Origin: Alphaproteobacteria bacterium
GTDB taxonomy: Bacteria; Pseudomonadota; Alphaproteobacteria; GCA-2731375
Assembly (NCBI GenBank): GCA_965225945.1
Contig: CBDDBZ010000031.1
Location: forward strand, 160,001 to 224,000
DNA length: 64,000 nt
Direction: 5' to 3'
Shown: positions 9,269 to 20,464 of the stretch, in pieces
Layout: every line of letters begins with the position of its first letter
Position numbering within the stretch: the first letter of the stretch is position 1
The notes under the pieces: model-generated
The model's input: the letters and a program-made list of their open reading frames with translations, nothing else
The model's database searches: none
What the model was told of the DNA's origin: nothing
Made by a program: the position numbers and the translations under genes

Positions 9269-10525
9269 ATGACAGCCTCCGCCGAGCTCGACGGCACCAG
9301 TGCGAAGTATCTCCGCGACAAATACGCCATCGTCGGCGTCGGCGAGACCCCCTACGTGCGCGGCTCCGGCCGCACCACACGGGCGCTCGGCGTCGAGGCG
9401 GTCAGGAACGCCATGGCCGATGCCGGCCTCGACGCGGTGGGCGTCGACGGCATGCTCTCCTATTCGAGCGGCGATTCGACCTTCACCCCCTTCATCGCCG
9501 GCGATCTCGGCCTTCGCCTGAATTTCTTCATGGACGTCTTCGGCGGCGGCTCCAGCACCGAGGCGCTGATCGGTATCGCCATCGGCGTGATCGAGGCCGG
9601 CATGTGCAAGACCGTCGCCATCTTCCGCGCCATGAACGGCTACAGCCAGGTGCGCATCGGCGGCACCGGCGCGCGCTCGGCGGCACCCATCGTCGGCGAC
9701 CAGATCCACATGCGCGCCTATGGCTGGCAGAGCGCCGGGCAGATGTTCGCGCCGACCTTCATGCGCCATATGTACGATTACGGCACCACGGCGGAACAGG
9801 TGGCGATGGTCAAGGTGATCCATTCCGAGCACGCCTCGAACAATCCCAAGGCTTATTACAAGCAGCGCGTGACGGTGGAGGAGGTGGTGGCGAGCCGGAT
9901 GATCGTGAAGCCGCTGCACCTGCTCGACTGCTGCGTCGAGACCGACAACGCCACCTGCATCATCGTCACGCGAGCGGAGCGGGCCCGCGACCTCCGCCAC
10001 CATCCGGTGCTGATCCGCGCCGTCGCCGGGCGCGTCAGCAAGCCCCGCATGGACATGCACTACCAGGCCGGGCCGATCTCCACCGTGGCGGGCCAGTGGG
10101 CCAAGGAGATCCTCTGGCCCAACGCCGGGGTCGGGCCGGAGGAGATCCAGGCGACCGGCGCCTATGACGCCTTCACCTTCACCTCGATGCTGCAGCTCGA
10201 GGATTATGGCTTCTGCAAGAAGGGCGAGGGCGGCGAATACGCCGCCAGCGGGATCATGCGGCTCGGCGGAAAACGGCCCAACAACACCTCGGGCGGGCAC
10301 CTCTGCGAGGGCTATACCCACGGCATGAACATGGTGATCGAGAACACCCGCCAGTTGCGCCACGATATCGACGATTCCTGCCCGCTCGGCCCCGACGGCA
10401 AGCGCAGGCACAGTTACGACTATGCCGAAGGCGGCTGCCGCCAGGTGAAGGACATCGAGCTGACGGCCAACCTCGGCTGGGCGATCCCGGCCACGGGGTC
10501 CGCCATGGTCATGCGCCGGTCTTGA
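9269..10525 (+). CDS. SCP2-type thiolase-superfamily protein (Ltp2-like aldolase)
   Basis: AIVGVGET, GGGSS in place of the catalytic Cys, DCCVETD, YDAFTF, NTSGGHLCEGY. Confidence 0.85.
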   Translation: MTASAELDGTSAKYLRDKYAIVGVGETPYVRGSGRTTRALGVEAVRNAMADAGLDAVGVDGMLSYSSGDSTFTPFIAGDLGLRLNFFMDVFGGGSSTEALIGIAIGVIEAGMCKTVAIFRAMNGYSQVRIGGTGARSAAPIVGDQIHMRAYGWQSAGQMFAPTFMRHMYDYGTTAEQVAMVKVIHSEHASNNPKAYYKQRVTVEEVVASRMIVKPLHLLDCCVETDNATCIIVTRAERARDLRHHPVLIRAVAGRVSKPRMDMHYQAGPISTVAGQWAKEILWPNAGVGPEEIQATGAYDAFTFTSMLQLEDYGFCKKGEGGEYAASGIMRLGGKRPNNTSGGHLCEGYTHGMNMVIENTRQLRHDIDDSCPLGPDGKRRHSYDYAEGGCRQVKDIELTANLGWAIPATGSAMVMRRS

Positions 10526-10546
10526 GGACGGAGGGAAACGGATAAG

Positions 10547-11065
10547 ATGACGATCAGAGCCGATTATCTGGGCATGTCGCTGACCCTCGACGACCTCGAG
10601 GTCGAAAACCGGGAATTCTTCCGCCATTGCGGGGCCCATGATTTCCACCTGCAACGCTGCCTCGCCTGCGACCTGCTGCACTATCCGCCCGGCGCGGCCT
10701 GCCCGTGGTGCGGCGGGGCCGAGAACGCGTGGGTCGCGGTCGAGGGCAAGGGCACGGTGCATTCCTATAACGAGGTGCATCACGCCATTCAGCCGGCCTT
10801 CAAGGCGCACGTGCCCTATATGCTGCTGCTGGTCGACTTGGACGCGCAGTTGGGCCGGCCGAGCGAGCACGAGGCGATCCGCGTCGCCGGCAATCTGACC
10901 ACGCCCGAGGGCGTGTTGGCGCCGCCGGAGATGGTGAAACGCGTCGGCATCGGCACGCGGGTGCGCATGGTCTTCACCGACGTGACGGAGGGCTTGTCGC
11001 TGCCGCAATGGACGATCGACGAGGACGCCGACCAGCCGGAGCCCTGGAGATATCCCCAGGAGTAG
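10547..11065 (+). CDS. DUF35 Zn-ribbon/OB-fold partner protein
   Basis: LQRCLAC..YPPGAACPWC, GKGTVHSY; directly downstream of the thiolase-like gene. Confidence 0.88.
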   Translation: MTIRADYLGMSLTLDDLEVENREFFRHCGAHDFHLQRCLACDLLHYPPGAACPWCGGAENAWVAVEGKGTVHSYNEVHHAIQPAFKAHVPYMLLLVDLDAQLGRPSEHEAIRVAGNLTTPEGVLAPPEMVKRVGIGTRVRMVFTDVTEGLSLPQWTIDEDADQPEPWRYPQE

Positions 11066-11494
11066 GTGGGCGGCCCGGCGAGTGGCTGTACCCGGAGCGC
11101 TCCGGCGCCACGCGTGCTTTGTCGGGCCGCCCCGCATCGGTTTAGACTGGCGACCACGGCTCGTTTTCTCGATCGCTGGCGGTTGCCCAAGGGCAGCAAG
11201 CGGCGCTATCGGCGCGCCGGCGCGACGCTCTCCGGGGCCTATGTCGCCGGCGGCCAGCGCCATTCCGGCGAAGTCGTCAACATCTCGCCGGGCGGCGTCT
11301 GCCTCGCGGTCGAGAGCACCGCCGGGCTCCACGAGGGGGGCGAGGGCACCTTCGAGCTGACCGACTTCGGCGAAATCCCGGCCCGTGTCTGTTACGCGGT
11401 CAGCCTCGGTATCGGGCTCGATTTCCGGCTCGACGCCCGGCGCCGCGAGGCTTTGGCGGCGTGGCTCGAACCTCGCGCCGAGTTCGAAGACTGA
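11066..11494 (+). CDS. Stand-alone PilZ domain protein (start uncertain, possibly TTG 11183)
   Basis: KRRYRR (RxxxR) and NISPGG (D/NxSxxG) c-di-GMP-binding motifs, GIGLDF. Confidence 0.7.
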   Translation: MGGPASGCTRSAPAPRVLCRAAPHRFRLATTARFLDRWRLPKGSKRRYRRAGATLSGAYVAGGQRHSGEVVNISPGGVCLAVESTAGLHEGGEGTFELTDFGEIPARVCYAVSLGIGLDFRLDARRREALAAWLEPRAEFED

Positions 11495-11547
11495 GCCGGC
11501 CGGGACTTACGGCGGTTGCTCTTACACCACTCGGTGGAACGCACCCA

Positions 11548-12144
11548 TCAGTCCGCATCCGCGCCGTCGCTGGCCGCCGAACGAACGCGCCAGGTGTTCC
11601 GGCTCAACCGATAGAGTCGGAGCCGGTCGCGATAGTAGCGATCCGTCATGGCGATGTAGCGCAGGCCGAGCTTCTCGAGCACGCGGTGGGAGGCCAGGTT
11701 CTCGGCTCGGGCGAGCGCGATGACGGCGTTGGGATCGAGCCTCCGATAGCCCCAGTCCACGCAAGCGCGGGCGGCCTCCGTGGCGAGGCCGTGGCCCCAG
11801 TGATCGGTTGTGAGCGCGTACATCAGCTCCAGCGAGCCGGGCTCGATCGACACCGGCCTGAGGCCGCAATAGCCGATGGCCCGAGGGCTCGCGCGCGTCG
11901 TCACCGCCAGGGCACCGGTGCCGGCGGAGCGGAATTCGCCCCGGCTGTCGCAAATGAACTCAGCCGCGAAGTCGCGCGCGGCCTCGAGCGTCATTTCATC
12001 GACGGCCAGGTGGCGGCAAACCTCTGGGGAGGCGAACAAGGCCGCGATCTCCGCCAGATCGCCACTGTCCAGAGGCCGCAAGATCAGTCGTCGAGTCTCG
12101 ATCTCCACCCGCGCACCCGATGTATTTCGCCGGCTCCCGGCCAC
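11548..12144 (-). CDS. GNAT N-acetyltransferase (RimJ/RimL type; start may be GTG 12108)
   Basis: IETRRLILRPL, IGYCGL, WGHGLATEAA, NLASHRVLEKLG. Confidence 0.88.
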   Translation of the reverse strand: MAGSRRNTSGARVEIETRRLILRPLDSGDLAEIAALFASPEVCRHLAVDEMTLEAARDFAAEFICDSRGEFRSAGTGALAVTTRASPRAIGYCGLRPVSIEPGSLELMYALTTDHWGHGLATEAARACVDWGYRRLDPNAVIALARAENLASHRVLEKLGLRYIAMTDRYYRDRLRLYRLSRNTWRVRSAASDGADAD

Positions 12145-12197
12145 GCCCCCGCTGGTGCGCTTGATATAACATGGCGTGGGGGCCGAGGAGGAGGCGG

Positions 12198-12557
12198 ATG
12201 CGGGCGGGCGGCTTGTCCAGGCTGCAGGTCAAGCTGATCAAGGCCGGCGTCCGGCCGGAGCGGATCGAGCCGGGCAAGCCGCAACGGAATGGCCGCCACG
12301 AGCGCATGCCTCTGACCTTGAAACAGGATGTCTGTTCGCCGCCGGCCGCCACGCTCGATGGGCAGATGATCCGCTTCGGTGAATTCCAACACGTCTACAA
12401 CACCGAGCGGCCGCACGAAGCCCTCGGTCAGATCCCACCGGTCAGGGTCTAGCGTCCCTCCGAGCGGTGCTTCGACGGGCGGCTGCGCTCGCCGGACTAC
12501 GAGGACGGCGTCGAGGTCCGCAAGGTCAGGAGCAACGGCGAGATCAAGTGGCGGGGG
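12198..12557 (+). pseudogene. IS481-family transposase C-terminal remnant
   Basis: GGLSRL..ERIEPGKPQRNGRHERM..YNTERPHEALG, TAG at 12450-12452, then in-frame PDYEDGVEVRKVRSNGEIKWRG; no N-terminus. Confidence 0.8.
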
Positions 12558-12589
12558 AGTCGCCATTCATGGCGGTTGGTGTTGGACAC

Positions 12590-13939
12590 TCAACGCCCCT
12601 GGGCGAGGGCGAGCAGGCGCTCGGCGTCGAGCGGCAGGTTGCGGCGGACCTCGCCCTGCTCGCCGAAGGCGCCGAGCGAGGTTCCATCGACGAAGAATTC
12701 CAATCCGCCGAGATTGCCGGTGGTCAGCCTCAGGTCGCCTCGATCGGGCACGTGGTAGCTGTCGCCGGGCTTCAGAATGCGGGTCAGCAGCAACTCGTTC
12801 CGGCCGTCCAGCACCTGAACCCAGGAATCGCTCAGCGCCCGGAGCACCACCCGCGCATCGCTTCCGTCGGCGCCGAAGCGTCTGGGCGTGCGCGCTGCCG
12901 GCAGGGTGGCGTCGGTGGCCGCCGCCGCGTCGCTGGCTGAGGGCAGCGGCGGCGGCGCCGGCAGCTCGGCGCTGGCCGCCCCGGGCTCGCGAGGCCGGGT
13001 TGCCTCGCCGGGAGCGTTCCGCGCCACCGCCAGCGCTCGGAGGGCGGGACGCGGCGTTGGGATCGGCGATTTAGCGCCCGATTCCCCCGTCGCGCCGAGG
13101 GTCGAGGGCGGCTGGTCGGACGCCGTCGTCTCCCCGGAAGATTCCTCGCGCGCCGGATCGCCCGAGGTCGCACCATCGCTCGGCGCGCCAGCGGTGCCCG
13201 CCAGCACGATGGCGTCCCGCGAGGCCTCACGGTCGACCGCCTCGGCGCTCGGACCTGTCTCGCCGGCCGATGTCGGCGCCGCGGTGCTGGCCGCCGGTGC
13301 CGCCTCGTTTGCCGCGCTCGATGACTCGCGCCACGCCGGCGGGGAGGCTCGCGCCGCCGTCTGTTCGGGCAGTGGCGGCGCGAGCAGGGCGGTCAAATAG
13401 TCGGGCGGTGGCGGCACCTCCTCGGGCGGCGGCCTCGGCTCTGAGGTGATGTACCAGGCCGCCGCCAAGGCAACCGCGGCGAGCAGCGAGACCGCGATCA
13501 GGCGGGCCGGTGGCCGGCGCGGGTCCTCCGCCGGCCTGGGCAGGCTCACCGATCGCGGCGGCGCGGGATTGGATTCCTCGGCAAACCAGGTGAGCACGCG
13601 TTCCGCGTCGATCTCGAGGTAGTCGGCATAGGCGCGCAGGAAGCCCCGGGCATAGGCGCCCCCCGGCAGCTTGTCGAAGCGGCCGGCCTCGATCGCCGCG
13701 AGGTAGTGGATCTGGATATAGAGGACGCGCGCGACCTCCTCCAGCTCCAGGTGCTTTTCGGCGCGAATGCGCGCGAGTTCGGCGCCGAGACCGTCATAGG
13801 CGCGCTTCGTCGTCGAATCGGCACCACCGCCGTGCCTCCGGCTCGGCACCAGATTGGCGCGGAGCCGCGCCACCGCGACGCGGACCTTGCGCCCGTGTGC
13901 GATGCCGACTTCCCGTCTTGAACCTTTGCCCGCGTGCAT
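12590..13939 (-). CDS. rodZ: RodZ-like HTH / DUF4115 membrane protein (true start probably downstream of the ORF start)
   Basis: HTH LGAELARIR..YLAAIEAG..LPGGAYARGFLRAYA, one TM helix, Pro/Ala linker, DSWVQV..TGNLGGL..G..GEVR. Confidence 0.85.
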   Translation of the reverse strand: MHAGKGSRREVGIAHGRKVRVAVARLRANLVPSRRHGGGADSTTKRAYDGLGAELARIRAEKHLELEEVARVLYIQIHYLAAIEAGRFDKLPGGAYARGFLRAYADYLEIDAERVLTWFAEESNPAPPRSVSLPRPAEDPRRPPARLIAVSLLAAVALAAAWYITSEPRPPPEEVPPPPDYLTALLAPPLPEQTAARASPPAWRESSSAANEAAPAASTAAPTSAGETGPSAEAVDREASRDAIVLAGTAGAPSDGATSGDPAREESSGETTASDQPPSTLGATGESGAKSPIPTPRPALRALAVARNAPGEATRPREPGAASAELPAPPPLPSASDAAAATDATLPAARTPRRFGADGSDARVVLRALSDSWVQVLDGRNELLLTRILKPGDSYHVPDRGDLRLTTGNLGGLEFFVDGTSLGAFGEQGEVRRNLPLDAERLLALAQGR

Positions 13940-14293
13940 CCCTGGAAATCACCCGATCGAAGGGCCGTTTTGGTCGCGCTTCCGACCGCTCGCCCGATCA
14001 TGGAGGATGGGGCGGCTTTGAGGCAAGAAGTTGGCCGCTCCGGTGTTTGTCGGTCCCGGCCCGACGATGCCGCGACGGCTGGCTCGCAATACCGCTCGAG
14101 CGCGCCCTCACGCTGGAGCGCTTCGGGTTTGAAGCTATTCGCCGGCCCGCCGCGCCCCGGCCAAACCGCCCATGAATGGTACCCTAGGGCGTGGTTGGGC
14201 CAGGGGAGTGGGCCGGTGATGGCGCCAAAAGTCGCCGCCCAAAGTCGCCGCGGGCGACGTTTCGGCCGGACACCGAGAGAGGAGAACCGAATC

Positions 14294-15127
14294 ATGCGAA
14301 TAGGCATTTCGCTCCCCGTGCGGGAGCTGGGCGACGATATCGGCGCGATCAAGGATTTCGCGCGGGCCGCCGAGGAACTGGGACTCACCCACCTGAGGGT
14401 CCCCGACCAGGTCATTCGACCCGGCAGCGGCCCCCTTCACGAACCCCTCGCCATGATGGCGCTGATCGCCGGCGTCACCCAGAGCATCGAGCTCGTGCCC
14501 TCGGTGATCGTCCTGCCGGCGCGCCAGACGGTGCTGGTGGCCAAGCAGGCGGCGACGATCGACAGGCTCTCGGGCGGCAGGTTCCGGCTCGGCATCGGCG
14601 TCGGTACGGACGAAGTGGAGTATGGCGCGCTGGGCGCTCGCTTCCGCGATCGCGGCGCGCGGTGCGAGGAGCAGATGACGCTGCTGCGCCGGCTCTGGAC
14701 GGAAGAGGTGGTCGACTTCGAGGGCCGCTTCGACCGAGTCGCGAGCGCCGGCATCAACCCCCTGCCGGTGCAACGGCCGATCCCGATGTGGATCGGTGCC
14801 AGCGCCCTGCCGAGCCCGCGCATCCGCCGCCGCATCGGGCGGTGGGCGGATGGTTGGTTCGTGCTGTGTTCGCCGCAAGAGTTCCCGGGCGTCCGCGACG
14901 ACATCCATGCCGAAGCGGTGGCGGCGGGCCGTGATCCGGCCGAGATCGGAACCGAGGCCGGCGTCGCCGTCGTCGGCCCGCGCGAGCACGAATGGCGGAC
15001 CCGCGTCGCGGGCTGGCGCGACATGGGCCTGACCCACCTCTGTCTCCGCACGCTCGGCGGCGGCCTCGAGGCGGGACAGCACATCGAGCGCATGCGCCAG
15101 GCCGTGGTCGAGCTGCCCACGATCTAG
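14294..15127 (+). CDS. LLM-class (F420-type) oxidoreductase
   Basis: MRIGISLP, VPDQV, LPARQTVLVAKQAATIDRLSGGRFRLGIGVG; GAGGAG SD. Confidence 0.88.
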   Translation: MRIGISLPVRELGDDIGAIKDFARAAEELGLTHLRVPDQVIRPGSGPLHEPLAMMALIAGVTQSIELVPSVIVLPARQTVLVAKQAATIDRLSGGRFRLGIGVGTDEVEYGALGARFRDRGARCEEQMTLLRRLWTEEVVDFEGRFDRVASAGINPLPVQRPIPMWIGASALPSPRIRRRIGRWADGWFVLCSPQEFPGVRDDIHAEAVAAGRDPAEIGTEAGVAVVGPREHEWRTRVAGWRDMGLTHLCLRTLGGGLEAGQHIERMRQAVVELPTI

Positions 15128-15279
15128 AATTTTGCCCCGTCCGCGTTTGCGTCCCCGATCGGCTATCATGGGGGCGAGCACGATTCGGATCCCCGTCATC
15201 GTGCCGACGGTGCGCGGCGACCCGCCGGCCTCACGGCGGCGCGGCATCGGGTTATCTGGATCGCCGATCGGAGGCGTCG

Positions 15280-16023
15280 ATGCTGCAACCTACCGATGGC
15301 TTGTTGCTAATTTGTTGGCTTAGAAAGCCGCTGCGAATTGGCGGGGTGGTGCCGAGCGGCGCCCGGCTTTCCCGAATGATGGCGGTCGAGGTCGACACCG
15401 CGAGCCCGGGCCCAGTGGTCGAACTCGGCGGCGGCACCGGCGCCATCACCCGGGCCTTGCTCGACGCCGGCGTGCCCAGGGAGCGACTGATCGTCCTGGA
15501 GCGCGAGCCGGAGCTCCATCGCCATCTGAGGGAGCGGTTCCCCGACCTCACCGTCCTGGAAGCCGACGCGGCGCAGCTTACCCGGAGCCTGCGCCGGCTG
15601 GAGATCGAGGCGGTCGGCGCCGTGGTCTCCAGCCTGCCGATGCTCTCGATGCCGGCACGTCTGCAGCGGCTGATTCTACGTCAGTCCTTCGACCTGCTCG
15701 GGACCGACGGCGCCTTCATCCAATACACCTATGGCCTCCGCGCGCCGGTCGCGACGGCACGGCTGGCGGATTGGGGCATCGAGGCGCGCGAGATCGGTCG
15801 CTCATGGCGCAACCTGCCACCGGCGAGCGTGTGGCGGCTGGAGCGGCGTGGGACCTTAGCCTTTGCTCTAAAGTCGCCATCGCCCGCCGTCGCGCCGCCG
15901 TTGTTCCCGGGCCCTGTTGCCGGGTTGGCGGATCATGCTAGGTGGAGGCCGGAGCGGGCGGCGGGCGCCCGGGAGGAGGACAACCATGAGCTTTCGTCAC
16001 GTCGTCTTCGAGATCCAGGATGA
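15280..16023 (+). CDS. pmtA: Phospholipid N-methyltransferase (PmtA-like) with an apparent C-terminal read-through extension
   Basis: PLRIGGVVPS, VVELGGGTG, VVSSLP, FIQYTY, NLPPASVW; ORF overlaps the next gene by 38 nt. Confidence 0.8.
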   Translation: MLQPTDGLLLICWLRKPLRIGGVVPSGARLSRMMAVEVDTASPGPVVELGGGTGAITRALLDAGVPRERLIVLEREPELHRHLRERFPDLTVLEADAAQLTRSLRRLEIEAVGAVVSSLPMLSMPARLQRLILRQSFDLLGTDGAFIQYTYGLRAPVATARLADWGIEAREIGRSWRNLPPASVWRLERRGTLAFALKSPSPAVAPPLFPGPVAGLADHARWRPERAAGAREEDNHELSSRRLRDPG

Positions 16024-16822
16024 GATCGCGACCCTCACCCTCAATCGGCCGGAGGCCTTGAACGCGCTCAGCCCGGAGATGCGCGAGGGCCTGCGCGGCG
16101 CCGTCGCCAGCGTCAAGGAAAAGGCGGGCGAGGAGATCAAGGTCCTGATCCTGACCGGCGCCGGTCGCGCCTTCTCGGCCGGTGGCGACGTCAAGACCAT
16201 GAACAATCGGCTCGGCAGTCCGATCAATTCCCGCGCGGCGCTCAGGAGCGACCACGAGCTCATGTACGACATCCTCAACCTGGAGCTGCCGGTGATCAGC
16301 CTGGTGAACGGTCCGGCGGCCGGCGCCGGGGCCAACATCGCGCTCGCCGCCGACTTCGTGCTGGCGACGCCGCGTTCCTTCTTCATGCAGGCCTTCGGCC
16401 GCATCGGCCTGGTCCCGGACTGGAGCGGCTTCTACATCCTGCCGCGCCTCGTCGGCCTGCAGAAGGCAAAGGACATGGTCTTTACCGCCAGGCGCGTCTA
16501 CGCGGAAGAGGCCAAGGAAATCGGCCTGATTTACGACATCGTACCGGAGGAGGGCGCGCTTGCGGCCGCGCGCGCCTTCGCCGAGCGCTTCCGAATTGCC
16601 TCGACCACGGCGATCGGCGTCGCCAAGAATATCCTCAACCAGTCCTTCAATCTCGATCACCGCACGTTGCTGGAGCTGGAGGCGAGCGCCCAGGCGGTCA
16701 CTCGTACCAGCCCCTATCACGCCGAGGCGATCCGTCGCTTCGCCGACAAGGAGCCGTCGCTGTTCGACTGGGAGGCGATGGACCGCGCCGCCGCCGGCAC
16801 CGACACGGCCATCGGCGAGTAG
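15986..16822 (+). CDS. Enoyl-CoA hydratase/isomerase family protein
   Basis: TLNRPEALNAL, AFSAGGD, NGPAAGAG, GLVPD. Confidence 0.9.
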   Translation: MSFRHVVFEIQDEIATLTLNRPEALNALSPEMREGLRGAVASVKEKAGEEIKVLILTGAGRAFSAGGDVKTMNNRLGSPINSRAALRSDHELMYDILNLELPVISLVNGPAAGAGANIALAADFVLATPRSFFMQAFGRIGLVPDWSGFYILPRLVGLQKAKDMVFTARRVYAEEAKEIGLIYDIVPEEGALAAARAFAERFRIASTTAIGVAKNILNQSFNLDHRTLLELEASAQAVTRTSPYHAEAIRRFADKEPSLFDWEAMDRAAAGTDTAIGE

Positions 16823-16833
16823 AGGGAAACAGA

Positions 16834-17799
16834 ATGACCAAGCGGATCATGATCCAGATGCCGATCACCGACGGCATCAAGTCGGTGCTCGAAGGGCGCG
16901 ACGACGTCGAATACGACCGCTTCACCGAGCTTTCGGAGGACAACATCCTGCAGCACATCGCCAACTACGACGCGGCGATCCTGGGGGTGGCGCCCTTCAC
17001 CGCTCGAATCGTCGAGCACGCGGAAAAGCTGATGATCGTCGCCCGCCACGGCGTCGGCTACGACAGCGTCGACGTCGCTGCGCTGACCGCCAAGGGCGTG
17101 CCGCTGGCCGTCGTCGGCATCGCCAACTCGGTCACCGTGGCGGAGCATTCGCTCTTCTTCATGCTGTCGTTGGCCAAACGGGGCCAGCTCTTCGACCGCG
17201 AAGCGAGGACCGGCAATTGGAACATTCGCTTCGAAATGCCGGCCTTCGATCTGGCCGGGCGCAAGGTCTTGATCCTGGGCTTCGGGCGGATCGGCCGGCG
17301 GCTGGTGAAACGCTGCGTCGCCATGGAGATGGACGTGCTGGTGCACGATCCCTACGTCATTCAGGACACGATCGTCACCGCCGGTGCACACCCGGTCGCG
17401 GATTGGCGGGCAAAGCTGGGCGAGATCGACTTCCTCTCGGTCAACTGCCCGAAGAACGAGGAGACCGACGGCATGGTCGGAACGGCGGAGCTCGCGGCGA
17501 TGCGATCGACCGCCTTCGTCGTCAACACCGCGCGCGGCGGTATCGTCGACGAGGCGGCGCTCTATGACGCGCTGAAGCGCGACGTCATCGCCGGCGCCGG
17601 GATCGACCCGTTCGTCGTCGAGCCAGCGAGCGCCGGCCATCCGCTGTTCGAGTTGCACAACATCCTGGTGAGCCCGCATTCCGCCGGGGTCACCGTCGAG
17701 TCGATGTTCCGCATGGGCGCGGTGGCGGCCCAGAACGTGCTCGACTGCTTCGACGGCAAGCTCGACCCGGCCAACGTCATCAACACCGAGGTGTTGTAG
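16834..17799 (+). CDS. D-isomer 2-hydroxyacid dehydrogenase (SerA-like)
   Basis: RHGVGYD, GFGRIG, NTARGGIVDE, SPHSAG. Confidence 0.9.
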   Translation: MTKRIMIQMPITDGIKSVLEGRDDVEYDRFTELSEDNILQHIANYDAAILGVAPFTARIVEHAEKLMIVARHGVGYDSVDVAALTAKGVPLAVVGIANSVTVAEHSLFFMLSLAKRGQLFDREARTGNWNIRFEMPAFDLAGRKVLILGFGRIGRRLVKRCVAMEMDVLVHDPYVIQDTIVTAGAHPVADWRAKLGEIDFLSVNCPKNEETDGMVGTAELAAMRSTAFVVNTARGGIVDEAALYDALKRDVIAGAGIDPFVVEPASAGHPLFELHNILVSPHSAGVTVESMFRMGAVAAQNVLDCFDGKLDPANVINTEVL

Positions 17800-17811
17800 G
17801 GCGAAGCCGGA

Positions 17812-18993
17812 TCAGCCCAAGAGTTCGGCCAGCAGGGCGTTCAGCACGCGGCGGCCCCTCGCGGTGGCGCGGAGCCGCTCGGAGCTGGCCTCCAGGAAAC
17901 CGCCGTCGATCAGGCGTGCCTCGGCCTCGGTGTCGATGACCTCGCCCGCGGGCGCGAAGGCGGGGCCGGCCAGCGAAGCGAGCCTCACGCCCTCGGTGAG
18001 GCGGAGCCCCATCATCAGCGCCTCCTCCGTCGCCGTTTCGGGCGCCAGCGCCTCGTCGCGCGCCGAGCCATGGCCGTCGGCCGTCGCCGCCCGCAGCCAA
18101 CGCTCCGGTAGCCGGTGCGCCGCCGTCGCCCGCCGTCGCCCGGCGATCGTCACCCGGCCGTGCGCGCCCGGGCCGATGCCGACGTAATCCTCGGCCCGCC
18201 AATAGGCCAGGTTGTGCCGGCTTTCGCCGCCGAGGGCCGCGTGGTTGGAGATTTCGTAGGCCGGCAGGCCCGCCGCCTCGGTGAGTTCCACTGTCACCTC
18301 CCGCAAGGCAACCTGGCTCGCCTCGTCCGGCATTGCCAGCCGGCCCAGCCGATAGGCCGTGTGGAACGCCGTCCCTTCCTCGATCGTCAACTGATAGAGC
18401 GAGAGATGGTCGCCCACGAGCTCCAGGGCCCGGGCCAGCTCCTCGCGCCAGGCGGCGACGGTCTGCTCGGGGCGGGCATAAATCAGGTCGAGGGAATGGC
18501 GGGGAAAGGTGGCGCGGGCGAGCCCGACCGCATCGATCGCCTCCGCCGCCGAATGGCCGCGCCCGAGCATCGCCAAGGCCCCATCGTCGAGCGCCTGCAC
18601 GCCGATCGAGACCCGGTTGACACCGGCCGCCCGATACTCGGCGAAACGCGCCGCCTCGACCGAGGTCGGATTGGCCTCCAGCGTAATTTCCACCTCGTCG
18701 CCGAGGCCGAAGCCGCCCTCGATCGCCTCGAGGACCGCGGCCACCGTCTCCGGTGCCATGAGCGAGGGCGTGCCGCCGCCGAAGAAGATCGAGCTCGCCC
18801 GCCGGCCCGCGAGCCGCGCCGCCCAATAGGCGATTTCGCGCCGGTAGGCCTCGCGCCATGCGGCCTGGTCGACGCCATCGCGGACGTGGCTGTTGAAGTC
18901 ACAATAGGGGCATTTCGCCAGGCAGAAGGGCCAGTGGACGTAGACCGCGAGCGGTGTCTCGCCTTCAGCACGGGGGCTAGCGGAAGCAGACAT
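17812..18993 (-). CDS. hemW: Radical SAM heme chaperone HemW
   Basis: [37 protein letters not shown]; rph-rdgB-hemW synteny. Confidence 0.93.
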   Translation of the reverse strand: MSASASPRAEGETPLAVYVHWPFCLAKCPYCDFNSHVRDGVDQAAWREAYRREIAYWAARLAGRRASSIFFGGGTPSLMAPETVAAVLEAIEGGFGLGDEVEITLEANPTSVEAARFAEYRAAGVNRVSIGVQALDDGALAMLGRGHSAAEAIDAVGLARATFPRHSLDLIYARPEQTVAAWREELARALELVGDHLSLYQLTIEEGTAFHTAYRLGRLAMPDEASQVALREVTVELTEAAGLPAYEISNHAALGGESRHNLAYWRAEDYVGIGPGAHGRVTIAGRRRATAAHRLPERWLRAATADGHGSARDEALAPETATEEALMMGLRLTEGVRLASLAGPAFAPAGEVIDTEAEARLIDGGFLEASSERLRATARGRRVLNALLAELLG

Positions 18994-19588
18994 CGATCAA
19001 CTCGGCAAAGGCGGCGGTACGGTGGCTGAGCGCCTGCTTCGCCGCCGGCGCCATCTCGGCGAAGGTGAGCTCGGCGCCAGCGGGCAGGAAGATCGGATCG
19101 TAGCCGAAGCCCTCCTCGCCGCGTGGCGGCCAGATCAGGCGGCCGGCGGCGGTGCCGCGCACGGTCTCCACATGGCCGTCCGGCCAGGCGAGGGTGAGGA
19201 CGCTGACGAAATTCGCGCCCCGCCGCTCGGGCGCGTCCGCGCCCAGGGCCTGGAGACGCCGTTCGACCTCGGCCATGGCGTGGGCGAAGTCGCGCGTCGG
19301 TCCGGCCCAGCGGGCCGAATGGATCCCGGGCGCGCCGTCGAGGGCGTCCACCGCTAGCCCTGAATCGTCGGCCAGCGCCGGCAGGCCGGCCCTCGCCGCC
19401 GCCGCCCTCGCCTTCAGTTCGGCGTTGGCCTCGAAGCTGGTGCCCGTCTCCGCCGGTTCCGGCAGGCCGAGCGCGCCGGCCGAGAGGCAGGTGACGGTGA
19501 AGGGTTCCAGCAGTTTCTCGATTTCCCGCGCCTTGCCGGCGTTGTGGCTCGCCACCACCAGGCAATCGCCGTCGAAGGGTCGCGCCAT
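18977..19588 (-). CDS. rdgB: dITP/XTP pyrophosphatase
   Basis: [24 protein letters not shown]. Confidence 0.95.
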   Translation of the reverse strand: MARPFDGDCLVVASHNAGKAREIEKLLEPFTVTCLSAGALGLPEPAETGTSFEANAELKARAAAARAGLPALADDSGLAVDALDGAPGIHSARWAGPTRDFAHAMAEVERRLQALGADAPERRGANFVSVLTLAWPDGHVETVRGTAAGRLIWPPRGEEGFGYDPIFLPAGAELTFAEMAPAAKQALSHRTAAFAELIDVCFR

Positions 19589-19597
19589 CGCTCCGCC

Positions 19598-20323
<726 letters not shown>

Positions 20324-20423
20324 GGTGCCATTCTCCTTTGCCGCCGCCCAGGACGGTTTTCTAAGCGATTTCGAGCCCGAGGGAAAATGATCCCTCGACG
20401 CGGCCCTGAACACCCCCCGCCGC

Positions 20424-20453
20424 GTTGACGCTGGTCGGGGAGTCGCCTTTTAT
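20424..20453 (+). promoter_or_regulatory. Putative RpoH-type promoter of hrcA-grpE, now separated from hrcA by the IS4 element
   Basis: GTTGAC-N16-CCTTTTAT resembles the alphaproteobacterial CTTGAA-N16-CCTATAT consensus. Confidence 0.45.
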
Positions 20454-20464
20454 GGCGATTGGCA

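Noticed and set aside
9008-11332. Long antisense ORFs (e.g. 9008-11332, 30191-32713, 53272-55563, 38492-40030)
   Set aside because: Shadow frames of real GC3-rich genes, with no recognisable motifs.
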